A stretch of DNA of 38,905 bases from Phycisphaerales bacterium (GTDB lineage: Bacteria > Planctomycetota > Phycisphaerae > Phycisphaerales > UBA1924): the NCBI GenBank assembly GCA_016763115.1, contig JAESUL010000160.1:1-38905 (forward strand). Reading direction: 5' to 3'. Below are positions 1-8,701 of the stretch, in pieces. Every line of letters starts with the position of its first letter. Position 1 is the first letter of the stretch. The notes beneath the pieces are model-generated. The model made no database searches. It worked only from the letters and a program-made list of their open reading frames with translations, and was not told the DNA's origin. The position numbers and the translations under genes were made by a program.

Positions 1-56
1 CGGCTGGCTGGTGAGGGGAGAACCCCCTTGAGTAACTACTATAATTTCCTAAAGAG

Positions 57-144
57 CGCCTCACAGCCCGTTTAAGCCACCCCGGCCATATACCCGCTAG
101 GGTAGGCAGGGGTATACCCACATAATCGCCTCACAACCCATTGA
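57..144 (+). repeat. Two copies of an 18-nt motif CGCCTCACARCCCRTTKA (57-74 and 127-144), start to start exactly 70 bp
   Basis: Direct reading: cgcctcacagcccgttta vs cgcctcacaacccattga, 15/18 identical. Lies in the GC-richer noncoding left end. Function unknown. Confidence 0.6.
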
Positions 145-199
145 CAGTCTCTACAAGAGCATCTAAGGGCATACATCTACCCTTGGACTCGACCAAATG

Positions 200-211
200 C
201 CCCTTAAGGGG
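200..211. repeat. Perfect 12-bp palindrome CCCCTTAAGGGG
   Basis: Read directly. Sits immediately 5' of the hairpin at 214-241. Confidence 0.85.
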
Positions 212-213
212 GG

Positions 214-250
214 GTGGTGTGTGCTGATGAAGCACCGCCACGAAATTTTT
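214..250 (+). terminator. Putative intrinsic terminator-like hairpin
   Basis: GTGGTG-t-GTGC / loop tgatgaa / GCAC-CGCCAC gives 10 bp with one bulge and one G-T pair. It is followed by gaaattttta and an AT-rich tract, but the T-run is not directly adjacent to the stem. Confidence 0.3.
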
Positions 251-285
251 ATAATAATTTTTATAAGTTTTATAAAAGAAAAGGC

Positions 286-315
286 TTGACTTTGTTACTC
301 TCTTCATGGTAAGAT
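286..315 (+). promoter_or_regulatory. Sigma70-like promoter P1 (TTGACT - 18 nt - TAAGAT) with AT-rich UP-like tract 245-283
   Basis: -35 TTGACT at 286-291 and -10 TAAGAT at 310-315. The spacer contains TTTGTTACTCTC (291-302), the reverse complement of the 12-mer repeated at 589-612. The -10 context TGGTAAGATATACTTGTAG matches the boxes at 572-586 and 32491-32509 (minus). Confidence 0.6.
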
Positions 316-354
316 ATACTTGTAGTAGTCGCAAGCGGAGGCAGTTCGTAGCAA

Positions 355-528
355 ATGACTAAACAATTTAATATGTCTTATAAACAAATAGCAGCCGTTT
401 TAACTGCTGAAGAGTACCGATATCAGAGCCCTTATACAGAAGAACAGATAAGAACCATTATCAATAAGGCACTAGATAAGATCAAAAAGCACGAGGATAT
501 AGAGCTATTACGGACTTATTTACTTTAA
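355..528 (+). CDS. Small helix-turn-helix protein resembling sigma70 region 4 / LuxR-GerE type (57 aa; below the ORF-track length cutoff)
   Basis: Own translation: MTKQFNMSYKQIAAVLTAEEYRYQSPYTEEQIRTIINKALDKIKKHEDIELLRTYLL, stop TAA 526-528. GGAGG at 337-341 is 13 nt upstream (long); an alternative ATG is at 373. SYKQIAAVL ... EEQIRTIINKALDKIKK resembles a region-4 HTH with a longer turn. Confidence 0.5.
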   Translation: MTKQFNMSYKQIAAVLTAEEYRYQSPYTEEQIRTIINKALDKIKKHEDIELLRTYLL

Positions 529-554
529 TTTCACTTTATTTGCTCTAATTTCAC
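526..554 (+). repeat. Direct repeat TAATTTCAC x2 (526-534, 546-554), 20-bp period
   Basis: Read directly. The centres lie roughly 37 and 57 bp upstream of the start site inferred for P2, where activator sites usually sit. P2 has no recognisable -35 hexamer. Confidence 0.6.
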
Positions 555-571
555 GGATTTTCTTAAAAGTA

Positions 572-580
572 TGGTATAAT
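572..580 (+). promoter_or_regulatory. Promoter P2, extended -10 (TGGTATAAT), likely late-arm promoter
   Basis: TGgTATAAT at 572-580. No good -35 at 17-18 nt. The downstream ATACTT box is shared with P1 and with the minus-strand promoter at 32500-32529. Confidence 0.55.
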
Positions 581-588
581 ATACTTAA

Positions 589-624
589 GAGAGTAACAAA
601 GAGAGTAACAAAGAGAGGTAACTC
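589..624 (+). repeat. Tandem 12-mer GAGAGTAACAAA x2 plus degenerate third unit GAGAGGTAACTC
   Basis: 589-600 and 601-612 are identical; 613-624 is degenerate. They start 9 nt after the P2 -10. An inverted copy lies in the P1 spacer (291-302). Confidence 0.9.
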
Positions 625-644
625 TTCTTATTAACTAATAAGAA
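625..644. repeat. Inverted repeat TTCTTATTA-ac-TAATAAGAA
   Basis: 9-bp perfect arms, read directly. In the leader downstream of P2. Confidence 0.8.
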
Positions 645-665
645 TAAGAATACTATAAGAATACT
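645..665 (+). repeat. Direct repeat TAAGAATACT x2 (645-654, 656-665), 11-bp period
   Basis: Read directly. A partial TAAGAA precedes it at 639-644. Confidence 0.8.
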
Positions 666-848
666 CTAGGGACTACCCTTTTATTTTCTCTTTTCTCTTT
701 TTATTTTTCAGCGTAAATAAGAAAATTAGGCGTATGTTAGAATAAACTTTCCAACCTACACATTCTTTGGCTAGCTTGATTGCTCAGCCAAACGAACCTG
801 AGACTCTAAGCCCTCCTCAGAGACAACAAAGAGGGTTTGCTAATTATT

Positions 849-921
849 GTATCGGTAGCTCAATTGGCAGAGCATCGGCCTCCAAAACCGAAAGTTGGGG
901 GTTCGATTCCTTCCTGGTACG
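849..921 (+). tRNA. tRNA-Trp (anticodon CCA)
   Basis: Hand-folded cloverleaf. Acceptor GTATCGG/CTGGTAC (two G-T pairs). D arm GCTC-AATTGGCA-GAGC. Anticodon arm TCGGC-CTCCAAA-ACCGA (T33, A37, one C-A mismatch at 31-39). Variable loop AAGTT. T arm GGGGG-TTCGATT-CCTTC. Discriminator G; CCA not encoded. Confidence 0.85.
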
Positions 922-1095
922 CCGGTAACAGCTCCTGAAGACAGCAGGCATATATATCCACAAGAGTAGAGGGGTTGTACGAATAGCGTCCACGTATGAC
1001 AAGAGCAACAAGAAATGGGCTGACGTAACTGAGTTCCCCACAGATTGCATAATCAAGATAGAGCAACTTGGACAAATAGAGGTTTAATAAGATTC

Positions 1096-1623
1096 ATGGC
1101 AGTTCAACATAAACTAGACTACGCTCAGCTTGTTCAGATCATTGAGAACATTAAGAAGGGTTCCTCAATGGACTCCGTAAAGGTAGCTAACTTCTTTGTA
1201 CACTATGCCTCTGGTAACAGCATGAAAGAATCCGCTAAACTTGCGGACGTAAATGAAAGTACAGCCAAGTCTTGGAAGCACACCGAATGGTTTCCAGAGG
1301 CTATGATATCCGCTAGGCGGGTAGTAGGTCAGAAAGTAGACCGTAAGCTCACCAAGATCATTGATATGGCTTTGGGGAACCTTGAAGAGCGTTTAGTAGT
1401 CGGGGAGCCATACAAGGACGGCCGTAAGATTTCATTTAAACCAGTAGGGGCGTATCAATCAGCGCTCATTGCCGGTATTTGTTTCGATAAACGGGCTTTA
1501 TCCAGAGGAGAGCCTACGAGCATAGAGGCCGGTATCTCTTTGGAAGAACGCCTAAGCGGCCTTCACAAGACATTTGAAGAAGTAACCAACGGTAAGCCGG
1601 CACTTACAATAGTAGAAAAGTAG
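1096..1623 (+). CDS. Terminase small subunit (putative)
   Basis: The ORF-track frame opens at TTG 1045; ATG 1096 (MAVQHKLDY) is preferred. HTH-like segment SMKESAKLADVNESTAKSW. Lies directly upstream of the large terminase. Confidence 0.55.
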   Translation: MAVQHKLDYAQLVQIIENIKKGSSMDSVKVANFFVHYASGNSMKESAKLADVNESTAKSWKHTEWFPEAMISARRVVGQKVDRKLTKIIDMALGNLEERLVVGEPYKDGRKISFKPVGAYQSALIAGICFDKRALSRGEPTSIEAGISLEERLSGLHKTFEEVTNGKPALTIVEK

Positions 1624-1627
1624 CATT

Positions 1628-3073
1628 GTGGAGTTAACGTCAAAGGTTATCGAGGGCTTCTCAGGCTCTGTATTGGCCCCTCGCTTTGATGCACCCGTTG
1701 CTATACCAGACTTCCACAGGGAATTGTGGGACTTATGTTGCTCGGAGGAGCGTCTTGTTGCAGCGTGCGCCCCGCGTGGCCACGCTAAATCTACAAGCAT
1801 CACGCTCAGCTATACACTTGCCGAGGTGCTGTTCAGGAAAGCTAAGTTTGTACTGCTTGTGTCAGATACAGAAGGGCAAGCAGTGCAGTTTTTAGGCGAT
1901 ATCAAAATAGAGCTTACTGAAAATGAAAGCTTAACCGGACTCTTTGGAAAAGTAACGCTGATAAAAGACTCTGAAGCAAATATAATTGCTCAGATGGAAG
2001 ATGGTTATCAGTTTCGTATTATAGCAAAAGGTTCAGAGCAAAAGGTTCGTGGTTTAAAGTGGCGTAATAGACGCCCAGACCTGATAATCGGGGACGACCT
2101 TGAATCAGACGAACAGGTGATGAGCAAAGATCGCCGAGAGAAGTTTCGTAATTGGGTATACAAAGCGCTTCTTCCCTGTGGTTCAGACACTGCAAGGGTT
2201 CGGATAGTAGGTACTATACTACACATGGACTCTTTGTTGGAACGGCTAATGAGCGATTCTTCTTGGAAAACAAGAAGGTTTGCCGCGCACAACGAGGACT
2301 TTTCAGAAATACTTTGGCCTGAGAAGTTCAGTAAAGAGCGCCTGTTAAAGATACGCCAAGGGTATATCGAACAAGGTATGCCAGAAGGTTACAGCCAAGA
2401 GTATCTTAACTACCCCATCGATGAAGAGAACGCTTACTTTAGGCGTGAGGACTTCCTTTCTTATAACGTTGAAGATTTAGACGGAGTACATCTTTACTAC
2501 TACTCGGCAATTGATTTTGCTATAAGCGATAAGGAACGAGCTGACTACACTGTAATAATCACAGTAGGCATAGACAGCGACAACAAGATGTACGTTGTCG
2601 ATGTACGAAGAGGCCGTTGGGACTCTCTTGAAATCATTGAAGAGATGTTCTCAGTACATGCGCGATATAAGCCAGAAATATTTACACTAGAAGCAGGGGC
2701 TATTCAGAAGGCCATTGGTGCGTTCTTGAAGAAAGAGATGTATGACCGCTCTATATTTCTCAACCTTAACCCCTTGGTTCCTGTAAGAGACAAACAAACA
2801 AGAGCACGTTCAATACAAGCCCGTATGCGTATGGGCGGTATATATTTTAATAAAGAAGCGTCATGGTACGCAGACTTGGAAAGCGAGATGATTACCTTTC
2901 CACGAGCGGCTCACGATGACCAGGTAGATGCGTTGGCGTGGATCGGTCTTAGTCTTGATAAGTACATAGAGGGTAAGACATCGGCAGAAGCAGTTGATGA
3001 TGTTTACGAAGAGGAATTAGAAGACAAAGATGACTATGAATTTTCTGGTCGTTGTGCAGATACAGGGTATTAG
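1628..3073 (+). CDS. terL: Terminase large subunit
   Basis: GTG start 5 nt after the upstream TAG. Walker A-like PRGHAKST, Walker B-like LIIGDDLESDE. C-terminal nuclease-type acidic motifs (SAIDFAISD, AHDDQVDA). Confidence 0.9.
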   Translation: MELTSKVIEGFSGSVLAPRFDAPVAIPDFHRELWDLCCSEERLVAACAPRGHAKSTSITLSYTLAEVLFRKAKFVLLVSDTEGQAVQFLGDIKIELTENESLTGLFGKVTLIKDSEANIIAQMEDGYQFRIIAKGSEQKVRGLKWRNRRPDLIIGDDLESDEQVMSKDRREKFRNWVYKALLPCGSDTARVRIVGTILHMDSLLERLMSDSSWKTRRFAAHNEDFSEILWPEKFSKERLLKIRQGYIEQGMPEGYSQEYLNYPIDEENAYFRREDFLSYNVEDLDGVHLYYYSAIDFAISDKERADYTVIITVGIDSDNKMYVVDVRRGRWDSLEIIEEMFSVHARYKPEIFTLEAGAIQKAIGAFLKKEMYDRSIFLNLNPLVPVRDKQTRARSIQARMRMGGIYFNKEASWYADLESEMITFPRAAHDDQVDALAWIGLSLDKYIEGKTSAEAVDDVYEEELEDKDDYEFSGRCADTGY

Positions 3074-3078
3074 CTTAT

Positions 3079-4971
3079 ATGTATGAGACAAAGCACTCAT
3101 TTGAAGACTTATCTAGTTTCGATAATATTGCTGCTGAACTTGATAAAGATACTCTTCAAAAGATTGGGTCTTTAGTTGTAGAAGGTTACGACGAAGATTT
3201 AGATACCCGTTCAGAGTGGGAAGAGCGTTTTGATAAGTGTATGGATCTTGCCATGCAAACTGTAGAGAAGAAGTCTTTTCCTTGGGATGATGCTTCTAAT
3301 GTCAAGTATCCTATCCTCACTACAGCAGCACTTCAGTTTTCAAGTAGAGCATATCCTGCCCTTATATCTGGTACACAGGTGGTCAAGGCCAAGGTAAGCG
3401 GTTTCGATATCGACGGTGATAAACATAAAGCTGCTATTCGTGTAGGTAAGCACATGTCTTACCAAATACTGGAGGAAATGGAGAACTGGGAAGAAGAGAT
3501 GGATAAGCTTTGCATTATCCTCCCCATTGTTGGCTCTGTATTCAAGAAGACCTATTTCAGCCCGAGCCTTGGACGCAACATTAGTGAGCTTGTATATCCT
3601 AAAGACTTCGTAGTAAATTACTGGACTAAAGATTTAGAAACCTCTCCAAGACAAACTCACGTACTTGAACTATCCAAGAATGATATCTATGAACGTGTAG
3701 CAATGGATATATACATCGATGCCGATGTTGATACATCCGTTGAAACAATAGATAGCAGCGAAGAAGAAAGAAGCGGTTTAGAAGCTCCTTCCGATAATGA
3801 CGACTCTACGCCTTACGTCTTTCTTGAACAGCACAGGTTCCTTGACCTCGATGATGACGGCTATGCAGAACCTTATGTGGTAACTGTTAATTTAGATACA
3901 AAGAATGTTGTACGAATAGTCCGTCGTTGGGACGATGACGGTGTATCTTTGAAAGAAGACGGCACTGTTATTCAGATCAAGGCAGTAGGATATTTCACTA
4001 AGTTTTCCTTTGTGCCCAACCCCGATGGTGGTTTTTACGATATAGGGTTTGGTACATTACTTGGCCCTATTAATAACACCGTTAATACGCTTATCAACCA
4101 GCTTGTTGATAGTGGTACGCTAAATAACCTCAATGCTGGTTTTATATCTAGGGGTATTCGTATCAAAGGTGGCAGGAAAGCTTTTGAACTTGGCGAGTGG
4201 AAGACAGTAAACTCTACTTCCGACGATCTTCGTAAAGGCATAGTACCGCTTCCAACTAAAGAACCAAGTCAAGTTCTGTTCAGCTTGCTTTCTATGATGA
4301 TTGAAAGTGCTAATAAACTCGGGTCTGTAACCGATATGCTTACCGGGGAGAATCCCGGACAGAACCAACCAGCAACTACTACGATGGCTGTAATTGAGCA
4401 AGGACTTAAGGTCTTCAGTTCAATATACAAACGTATGCACCGCAGCCTCAAGAAAGAATTTAAGAAGTTGTATCGCCTTAATCGTATATACCTACCACCC
4501 GAGTCTTACTTTCAGGTACTGGACTTGGGTGAAGAGGGCGCTATGAGTATCTTTCAAAATGACTATAGCGTAGACGTAACCAACGTACAGCCTAGCGCTG
4601 ATCCCAACGTAGCATCAGAATCGCAACGTCTTATGAAAGTTCAAGCGCTACTTGAGTTGGTTGAGATGGGTACAATAAATCCACAAGCAGTTACAAGGCG
4701 TATTCTTGAAGCACAAGAACAACCGAATATAGAAGAATTAATGAACTTGCCAGAGCAAGGGCCAGATGAACAACTATTACTACAACAGATGATGGCTCAA
4801 GATGAAAGTGAACGTGGTTGGGCCAAATTAGAGATAGATGCAAAAACAGCAGAGATAAAAGAATTCAGTGCCATAGAGGGTGCGAATAAAGCGTTTGACC
4901 AGTTAAGACAATCCAAAGAGGAAATGAAAAGTGGAAATAACGAAGGAAGAGTACCAACAGTGGAAAAGTAA
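3079..4971 (+). CDS. Portal (head-tail connector) protein
   Basis: 630-aa ORF right after terL; ATG 3079 (MYETKH) chosen over the TTG at 3052 that overlaps terL. Size, position and the WDDASNVKYPIL region are typical of podovirus connectors. Confidence 0.75.
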   Translation: MYETKHSFEDLSSFDNIAAELDKDTLQKIGSLVVEGYDEDLDTRSEWEERFDKCMDLAMQTVEKKSFPWDDASNVKYPILTTAALQFSSRAYPALISGTQVVKAKVSGFDIDGDKHKAAIRVGKHMSYQILEEMENWEEEMDKLCIILPIVGSVFKKTYFSPSLGRNISELVYPKDFVVNYWTKDLETSPRQTHVLELSKNDIYERVAMDIYIDADVDTSVETIDSSEEERSGLEAPSDNDDSTPYVFLEQHRFLDLDDDGYAEPYVVTVNLDTKNVVRIVRRWDDDGVSLKEDGTVIQIKAVGYFTKFSFVPNPDGGFYDIGFGTLLGPINNTVNTLINQLVDSGTLNNLNAGFISRGIRIKGGRKAFELGEWKTVNSTSDDLRKGIVPLPTKEPSQVLFSLLSMMIESANKLGSVTDMLTGENPGQNQPATTTMAVIEQGLKVFSSIYKRMHRSLKKEFKKLYRLNRIYLPPESYFQVLDLGEEGAMSIFQNDYSVDVTNVQPSADPNVASESQRLMKVQALLELVEMGTINPQAVTRRILEAQEQPNIEELMNLPEQGPDEQLLLQQMMAQDESERGWAKLEIDAKTAEIKEFSAIEGANKAFDQLRQSKEEMKSGNNEGRVPTVEK

Positions 4972-5158
4972 TAACGTAACTCAGTTTATATTTAAAGAAC
5001 TTAAGGAACGCAAGGAAGATTATATAGTAGCATTACGTACCTTTGTACGAGCAGGTGACATGAACTTAGCTTCAAGAGCTGAGGGGATGATAGAGTCAAT
5101 TGATGATTTCCTAGATACTAGTTTTGAAGATCCAACAGAGGATGATGAAGATGCTTGA
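4931..5158 (+). CDS. Hypothetical small acidic protein
   Basis: GTG start with GAGGA 6 nt upstream. Overlaps the portal 3' end by 41 nt. Acidic C-terminus DPTEDDEDA. Confidence 0.45.
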   Translation: MEITKEEYQQWKSNNVTQFIFKELKERKEDYIVALRTFVRAGDMNLASRAEGMIESIDDFLDTSFEDPTEDDEDA

Positions 5159-5471
5159 AGTAATCGGACATAGAGTTTTAATAGAACCAAAACACCACAC
5201 AGAAGAAATCGGTGATGGCGCTCTTAAGGGTTTCAAAATGAATATCGGTGAGGACTGGAAGCGAGACAGAGCATCAACCGTTATAGGTGTTATTAAAAGC
5301 ATTGGTAAGAACGCGTGGATGGGTTTTGATGACGGCTCTCCATGGGCAAAAGTGGGCGATACAGTCTACTATGCTAAGTACTCTGGTAAAATAGTTGAAG
5401 ATGATGATCACACTTATATTATAGTCAACGATGAAGATATACAGTGCATCGTCCACGAGAGGAAAGAATAA
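5151..5471 (+). CDS. GroES/Cpn10-like co-chaperonin
   Basis: ATG 5151 (MLEVIGHRVLIEP) with GAGGA 8 nt upstream. Order of elements matches GroES by eye: HRVLIEP, loop EEIGDGALKGF, GVIKSIGKN, KVGDTVYYAKYSG, YIIVNDEDIQCIV. Confidence 0.6.
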   Translation: MLEVIGHRVLIEPKHHTEEIGDGALKGFKMNIGEDWKRDRASTVIGVIKSIGKNAWMGFDDGSPWAKVGDTVYYAKYSGKIVEDDDHTYIIVNDEDIQCIVHERKE

Positions 5472-6298
5472 TGGCTGAAGTTGCTGAGGGAGTAGTAATA
5501 GAAAAAGTGCCTGATAAAGAAGAACTTGATGCGCTACTTAAAGAGGATGTCCTAGACGAGGACAGCGGGGAAGAAACTCCAAAATACACAGAGGCTGAAC
5601 TAAGTGCTGTGGAAAAGGGTTGGTCGCCAGATGGCGTCGAAGGTAAGAAAAACTTAACTGCCGATGAGTTCTTAGATCGTCAAACACTCTATGATGATAT
5701 TCACTCTCTTAAACGACAGAACAAACGTCTACAAGGTGATATTGAGAACATCAATAAATACCAGAAAGATATAAGAGCAGATGAACGTAAAAAGGTTGTA
5801 GAGGATCTAAAGCACCAAAAGAAAGAAGCACTTGATGATGAGGATCATCATAGAGTTATTGAGATAGATGAACAGTTGGCAGACGAACGCGACAAAGCCA
5901 AGGCAGATGTCAAGCAAGAAAGTAAACCCAATGAAGACTTCGAGTCGTGGGTAACTAGCAATTCTTGGTACAACGATGATAAAGAGTTACGTGAAGATGC
6001 AGATATCTATGGCGAGATATACTGGACTAAACATCCAAACACAAGTCGTGAAGATGTATACACAGAAGTAGCTAAATACATTAAAAGAAGTCACGCAGAT
6101 AAATTTAGTAATAACAGGCGTGATAGTCCAGCAGCCGTAGAAGGCGGTACAACTCCACGGCAACCCCGTAGTAAAACTAAATTTACTGTAAAGGATTTGG
6201 ACGTAGAAAGCAGATCTGTAATGAAGACTATTCTTCGTACCAGCAATATGACTGAAGAACAATACCTTAAAGATTATTTTGAACGTAATGGCAAGTAG
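5471..6298 (+). CDS. Scaffolding protein (putative)
   Basis: ATG 5471 overlaps the upstream TAA (TAATG). Highly charged and coiled-coil-like (KRQNKRLQGDIENINKYQKDIRADERKK). Lies between portal and capsid genes. Confidence 0.5.
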   Translation: MAEVAEGVVIEKVPDKEELDALLKEDVLDEDSGEETPKYTEAELSAVEKGWSPDGVEGKKNLTADEFLDRQTLYDDIHSLKRQNKRLQGDIENINKYQKDIRADERKKVVEDLKHQKKEALDDEDHHRVIEIDEQLADERDKAKADVKQESKPNEDFESWVTSNSWYNDDKELREDADIYGEIYWTKHPNTSREDVYTEVAKYIKRSHADKFSNNRRDSPAAVEGGTTPRQPRSKTKFTVKDLDVESRSVMKTILRTSNMTEEQYLKDYFERNGK

Positions 6299-6351
6299 CC
6301 TAATAGAAGTACCATCTGTAAAGACAGACACAATTAAAGAGGAAATTAGAA

Positions 6352-6756
6352 ATGGCGAATAGTAATGCTAACAATCGTGGTGGTAGTCGTCCAGAAAGAG
6401 TCCCAGTAAGTGGGCGAAGAGATGTTCTGACTGTTGCTGACAAAGATCCGGCGTATGTTTATCGCTGGGTAAATGATACACAAGGACGAATCGACCAATT
6501 TATTAAAGGCGGTTATGAGCATGTTTCTGAGAAACATAAAGTTGGACAGAACGGTATTGATAGTTCTGCTGACGTTTCCTCAATGACAACAAATACTTCT
6601 CCTGGTATGGTTCAGTACCTTATGCGTATTAAACGCGAATGGTATGATGAAGACCGAGAGGCAGCAGCTCGTAAAGTTGATAAGACAGAGGCCGATATGA
6701 AACGAACTCTTAATAGTGGAAAAGATGGTACCTATGGTGACGTTACAATCTCATAG
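6352..6756 (+). CDS. Hypothetical head-module protein
   Basis: Strong RBS AAAGAGGAAattagaaATG. Basic N-terminus and charged C-terminal half. Function not recognised. Confidence 0.6.
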   Translation: MANSNANNRGGSRPERVPVSGRRDVLTVADKDPAYVYRWVNDTQGRIDQFIKGGYEHVSEKHKVGQNGIDSSADVSSMTTNTSPGMVQYLMRIKREWYDEDREAAARKVDKTEADMKRTLNSGKDGTYGDVTIS

Positions 6757-6810
6757 TCAATACTGTATCTCCGCTACTAAGGTTATTTAACTTTTATTGG
6801 AGATATAATT

Positions 6811-7371
6811 ATGGCTAATCCAGATCGCCCACGCGGTTTTACGCCTATCAAACATACTTCGGGTTCCGCGGTAACAGGACAGATCCGTGCTATCGGTGTA
6901 ACCGATGGTACAGATTTATTCGTTGGAGACATGCTCAACCTTGCATCGGGTTTAGCTGTTGTTGGTGCAACAAACGATTCCTCTTTCTTAGGTGTTGCTG
7001 TTGGTTTCGGTAAGATCGACCCAATGACAGGATCTATCGGTTCTGCTGCCAATCCTGTAAACCTCAATATAATTTATTATGATGATTCTGCTTCTACTCA
7101 TACGGATTACGTAGTTTTTTATGTACCCGCTCGTGATATGATTTTTGAAGTCCAATCTAATGCTGATCTTGACCTTGCCATTGGAGACCCTTGTGACTTA
7201 GTTGCCACAGCCGGTTCTACTACAACGGGCCTTTCACTTCAAGAAGTTGGTATTAGTACCAACTCTGATTTCGTTTTGGTTGAGATTCCTGACTATGTAG
7301 ATAACGATAGCACTTTAACAAATACTCGTTATTTTGTACAAGTCACTCAAACTGAAACAGCGTTCGATTAA
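6811..7371 (+). CDS. Hypothetical head-module protein (possible decoration protein)
   Basis: RBS GGAGAtataattATG; lies immediately upstream of the major capsid gene. The GD..(N)..LGVAVG pattern is vaguely like head-decoration families, but this is a weak call. Confidence 0.55.
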   Translation: MANPDRPRGFTPIKHTSGSAVTGQIRAIGVTDGTDLFVGDMLNLASGLAVVGATNDSSFLGVAVGFGKIDPMTGSIGSAANPVNLNIIYYDDSASTHTDYVVFYVPARDMIFEVQSNADLDLAIGDPCDLVATAGSTTTGLSLQEVGISTNSDFVLVEIPDYVDNDSTLTNTRYFVQVTQTETAFD

Positions 7372-7384
7372 AGGAGAATAGATA

Positions 7385-8287
7385 ATGCCTATTAATAGTG
7401 GTAATTTCGCAAAGGCACTTCAGGTTGGTGTCAACGCATGGTACGGCGAAGCATATGATGAGCATATGGTAGAGTATAAACACTTGTTCGATACTAATAG
7501 CTCTCGTAAGTCGTTTGAAGAAGATATTGGTACAAGTATGTTTGGCCTCGCCGGTGTCGTTCCCGAAGGTGGTGGCGTTATATACGACGATGCTAAACAG
7601 GGTTTCCTTACTCGTTACCAACATGTTGCTTATGGTCTTGGCTTTGTCATTACTGAAAACATGATTGAAGATGACTTGTATGATGTTATTGGTAAGAAAC
7701 GCTCCAGAGCGCTTGCTTTCTCAATGCGTCAAACCAAGGAAATAGTTGCAGCTAACGTATACAATCGTGCAGAAACCCCTGGTTTTGTTGGTGGTGATGG
7801 TTCTGTCATGTTGGCTACAAACCACGCTAACGTAGCAGGTGGTATTTATAGTAACCGACTGACGACCGCTGCTGATCTTTCAGAATCGTCTCTTGAGCAA
7901 GCCTGTATTGATATTGGTAAGCTGGAGAATGATCGTGGTCTTAAGATCGCTATCATGCCTGAATGCTTAGTTATTCCGGTTGATCTTCAATTTGAAGCAG
8001 ATCGTATCCTGAACAGCGTCTTACGTCCAGGTACTGCGGATAATGATAAGGCCGTGCTAAACGGTAAGTTCCCTCAAGGTGTCAAGATGAATCATTACCT
8101 TACTGACGCAAACAACTGGTTCCTTAGAACTAATTGCCCAGATGGTATGAAACATTTTGAGCGTAAAGCCGATAGCTTTAGTGATGATAACGAATTTGAT
8201 ACTGGCAATTTAAAGTATAAAGCCGCAGGTCGTTACTCATTTGGCTGGACGGATCCGCGTGGAATTTTTGGATCGAGCCCGGCTTAG
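7385..8287 (+). CDS. Major capsid protein (HK97 fold, Mu gpT-like)
   Basis: RBS AAGGAGAatagataATG, 300 aa. The pattern (...SSRKSFEEDIGTSMFGLAGVVPEGG ... ITENMIEDD ...) resembles Mu gpT-type coat proteins. Followed by a stable UUCG hairpin. Confidence 0.8.
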   Translation: MPINSGNFAKALQVGVNAWYGEAYDEHMVEYKHLFDTNSSRKSFEEDIGTSMFGLAGVVPEGGGVIYDDAKQGFLTRYQHVAYGLGFVITENMIEDDLYDVIGKKRSRALAFSMRQTKEIVAANVYNRAETPGFVGGDGSVMLATNHANVAGGIYSNRLTTAADLSESSLEQACIDIGKLENDRGLKIAIMPECLVIPVDLQFEADRILNSVLRPGTADNDKAVLNGKFPQGVKMNHYLTDANNWFLRTNCPDGMKHFERKADSFSDDNEFDTGNLKYKAAGRYSFGWTDPRGIFGSSPA

Positions 8288-8307
8288 TCCAACCACAGTA
8301 TAGGAAA

Positions 8308-8323
8308 CCCCTCTTCGGAGGGG
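8308..8323 (+). promoter_or_regulatory. Stable stem-loop CCCCTC-TTCG-GAGGGG (UUCG tetraloop) after the capsid gene
   Basis: Read directly. No T-run follows, so it is more likely an mRNA-stabilising or attenuating hairpin than a full terminator. Confidence 0.5.
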
Positions 8324-8397
8324 CAACTTACCCAACCTAACCCGATAGATTCCCGAACCAATAAAGGCATAACGGAAGTTGACAGGGGAGAATCGAT

Positions 8398-8631
8398 ATG
8401 TCAGATACACATTTTTCAGGCCCGCTCCACGTAGGCGGAACGCAGGTTTTATCCTCACAGGGCGCGGCAGTAGTATCACTTACCAATAGCATTGGTACAG
8501 GTACAAATGCCCTACAGGATGTAACTGCTTCGTTTGATCAGACTATATTAAACGATAACTTTAAAGACTGTACAGACAAGATAGAGGAAGTATTGGCCGC
8601 GCTACGGACTCACGGCCTTATAGCCACGTAG
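8398..8631 (+). CDS. 77-aa protein homologous to the C-terminal module of the 314-aa cadherin-like protein
   Basis: RBS GGGGAGAatcgatATG. Residues 5-77 align to residues 242-314 of the 11464-12408 product, with about 52 of 73 identical by eye, including an identical run NFKDCTDKIEEVLAALRTHGLIA. Confidence 0.75.
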   Translation: MSDTHFSGPLHVGGTQVLSSQGAAVVSLTNSIGTGTNALQDVTASFDQTILNDNFKDCTDKIEEVLAALRTHGLIAT

Positions 8632-8636
8632 TGTAA

Positions 8637-8683
8637 TAACCCCGGTGCAGCCGCAGGGTAGGGGTTATGTTTTTTTTTTTTTT
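8637..8683 (+). terminator. Rho-independent terminator
   Basis: Stem TAACCCC / GGGGTTA (8637-8643, 8661-8667), followed by tg and a run of 14 T (8670-8683). Confidence 0.85.
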
Positions 8684-8701
8684 CCTAATTAGAGTAACTT
8701 A

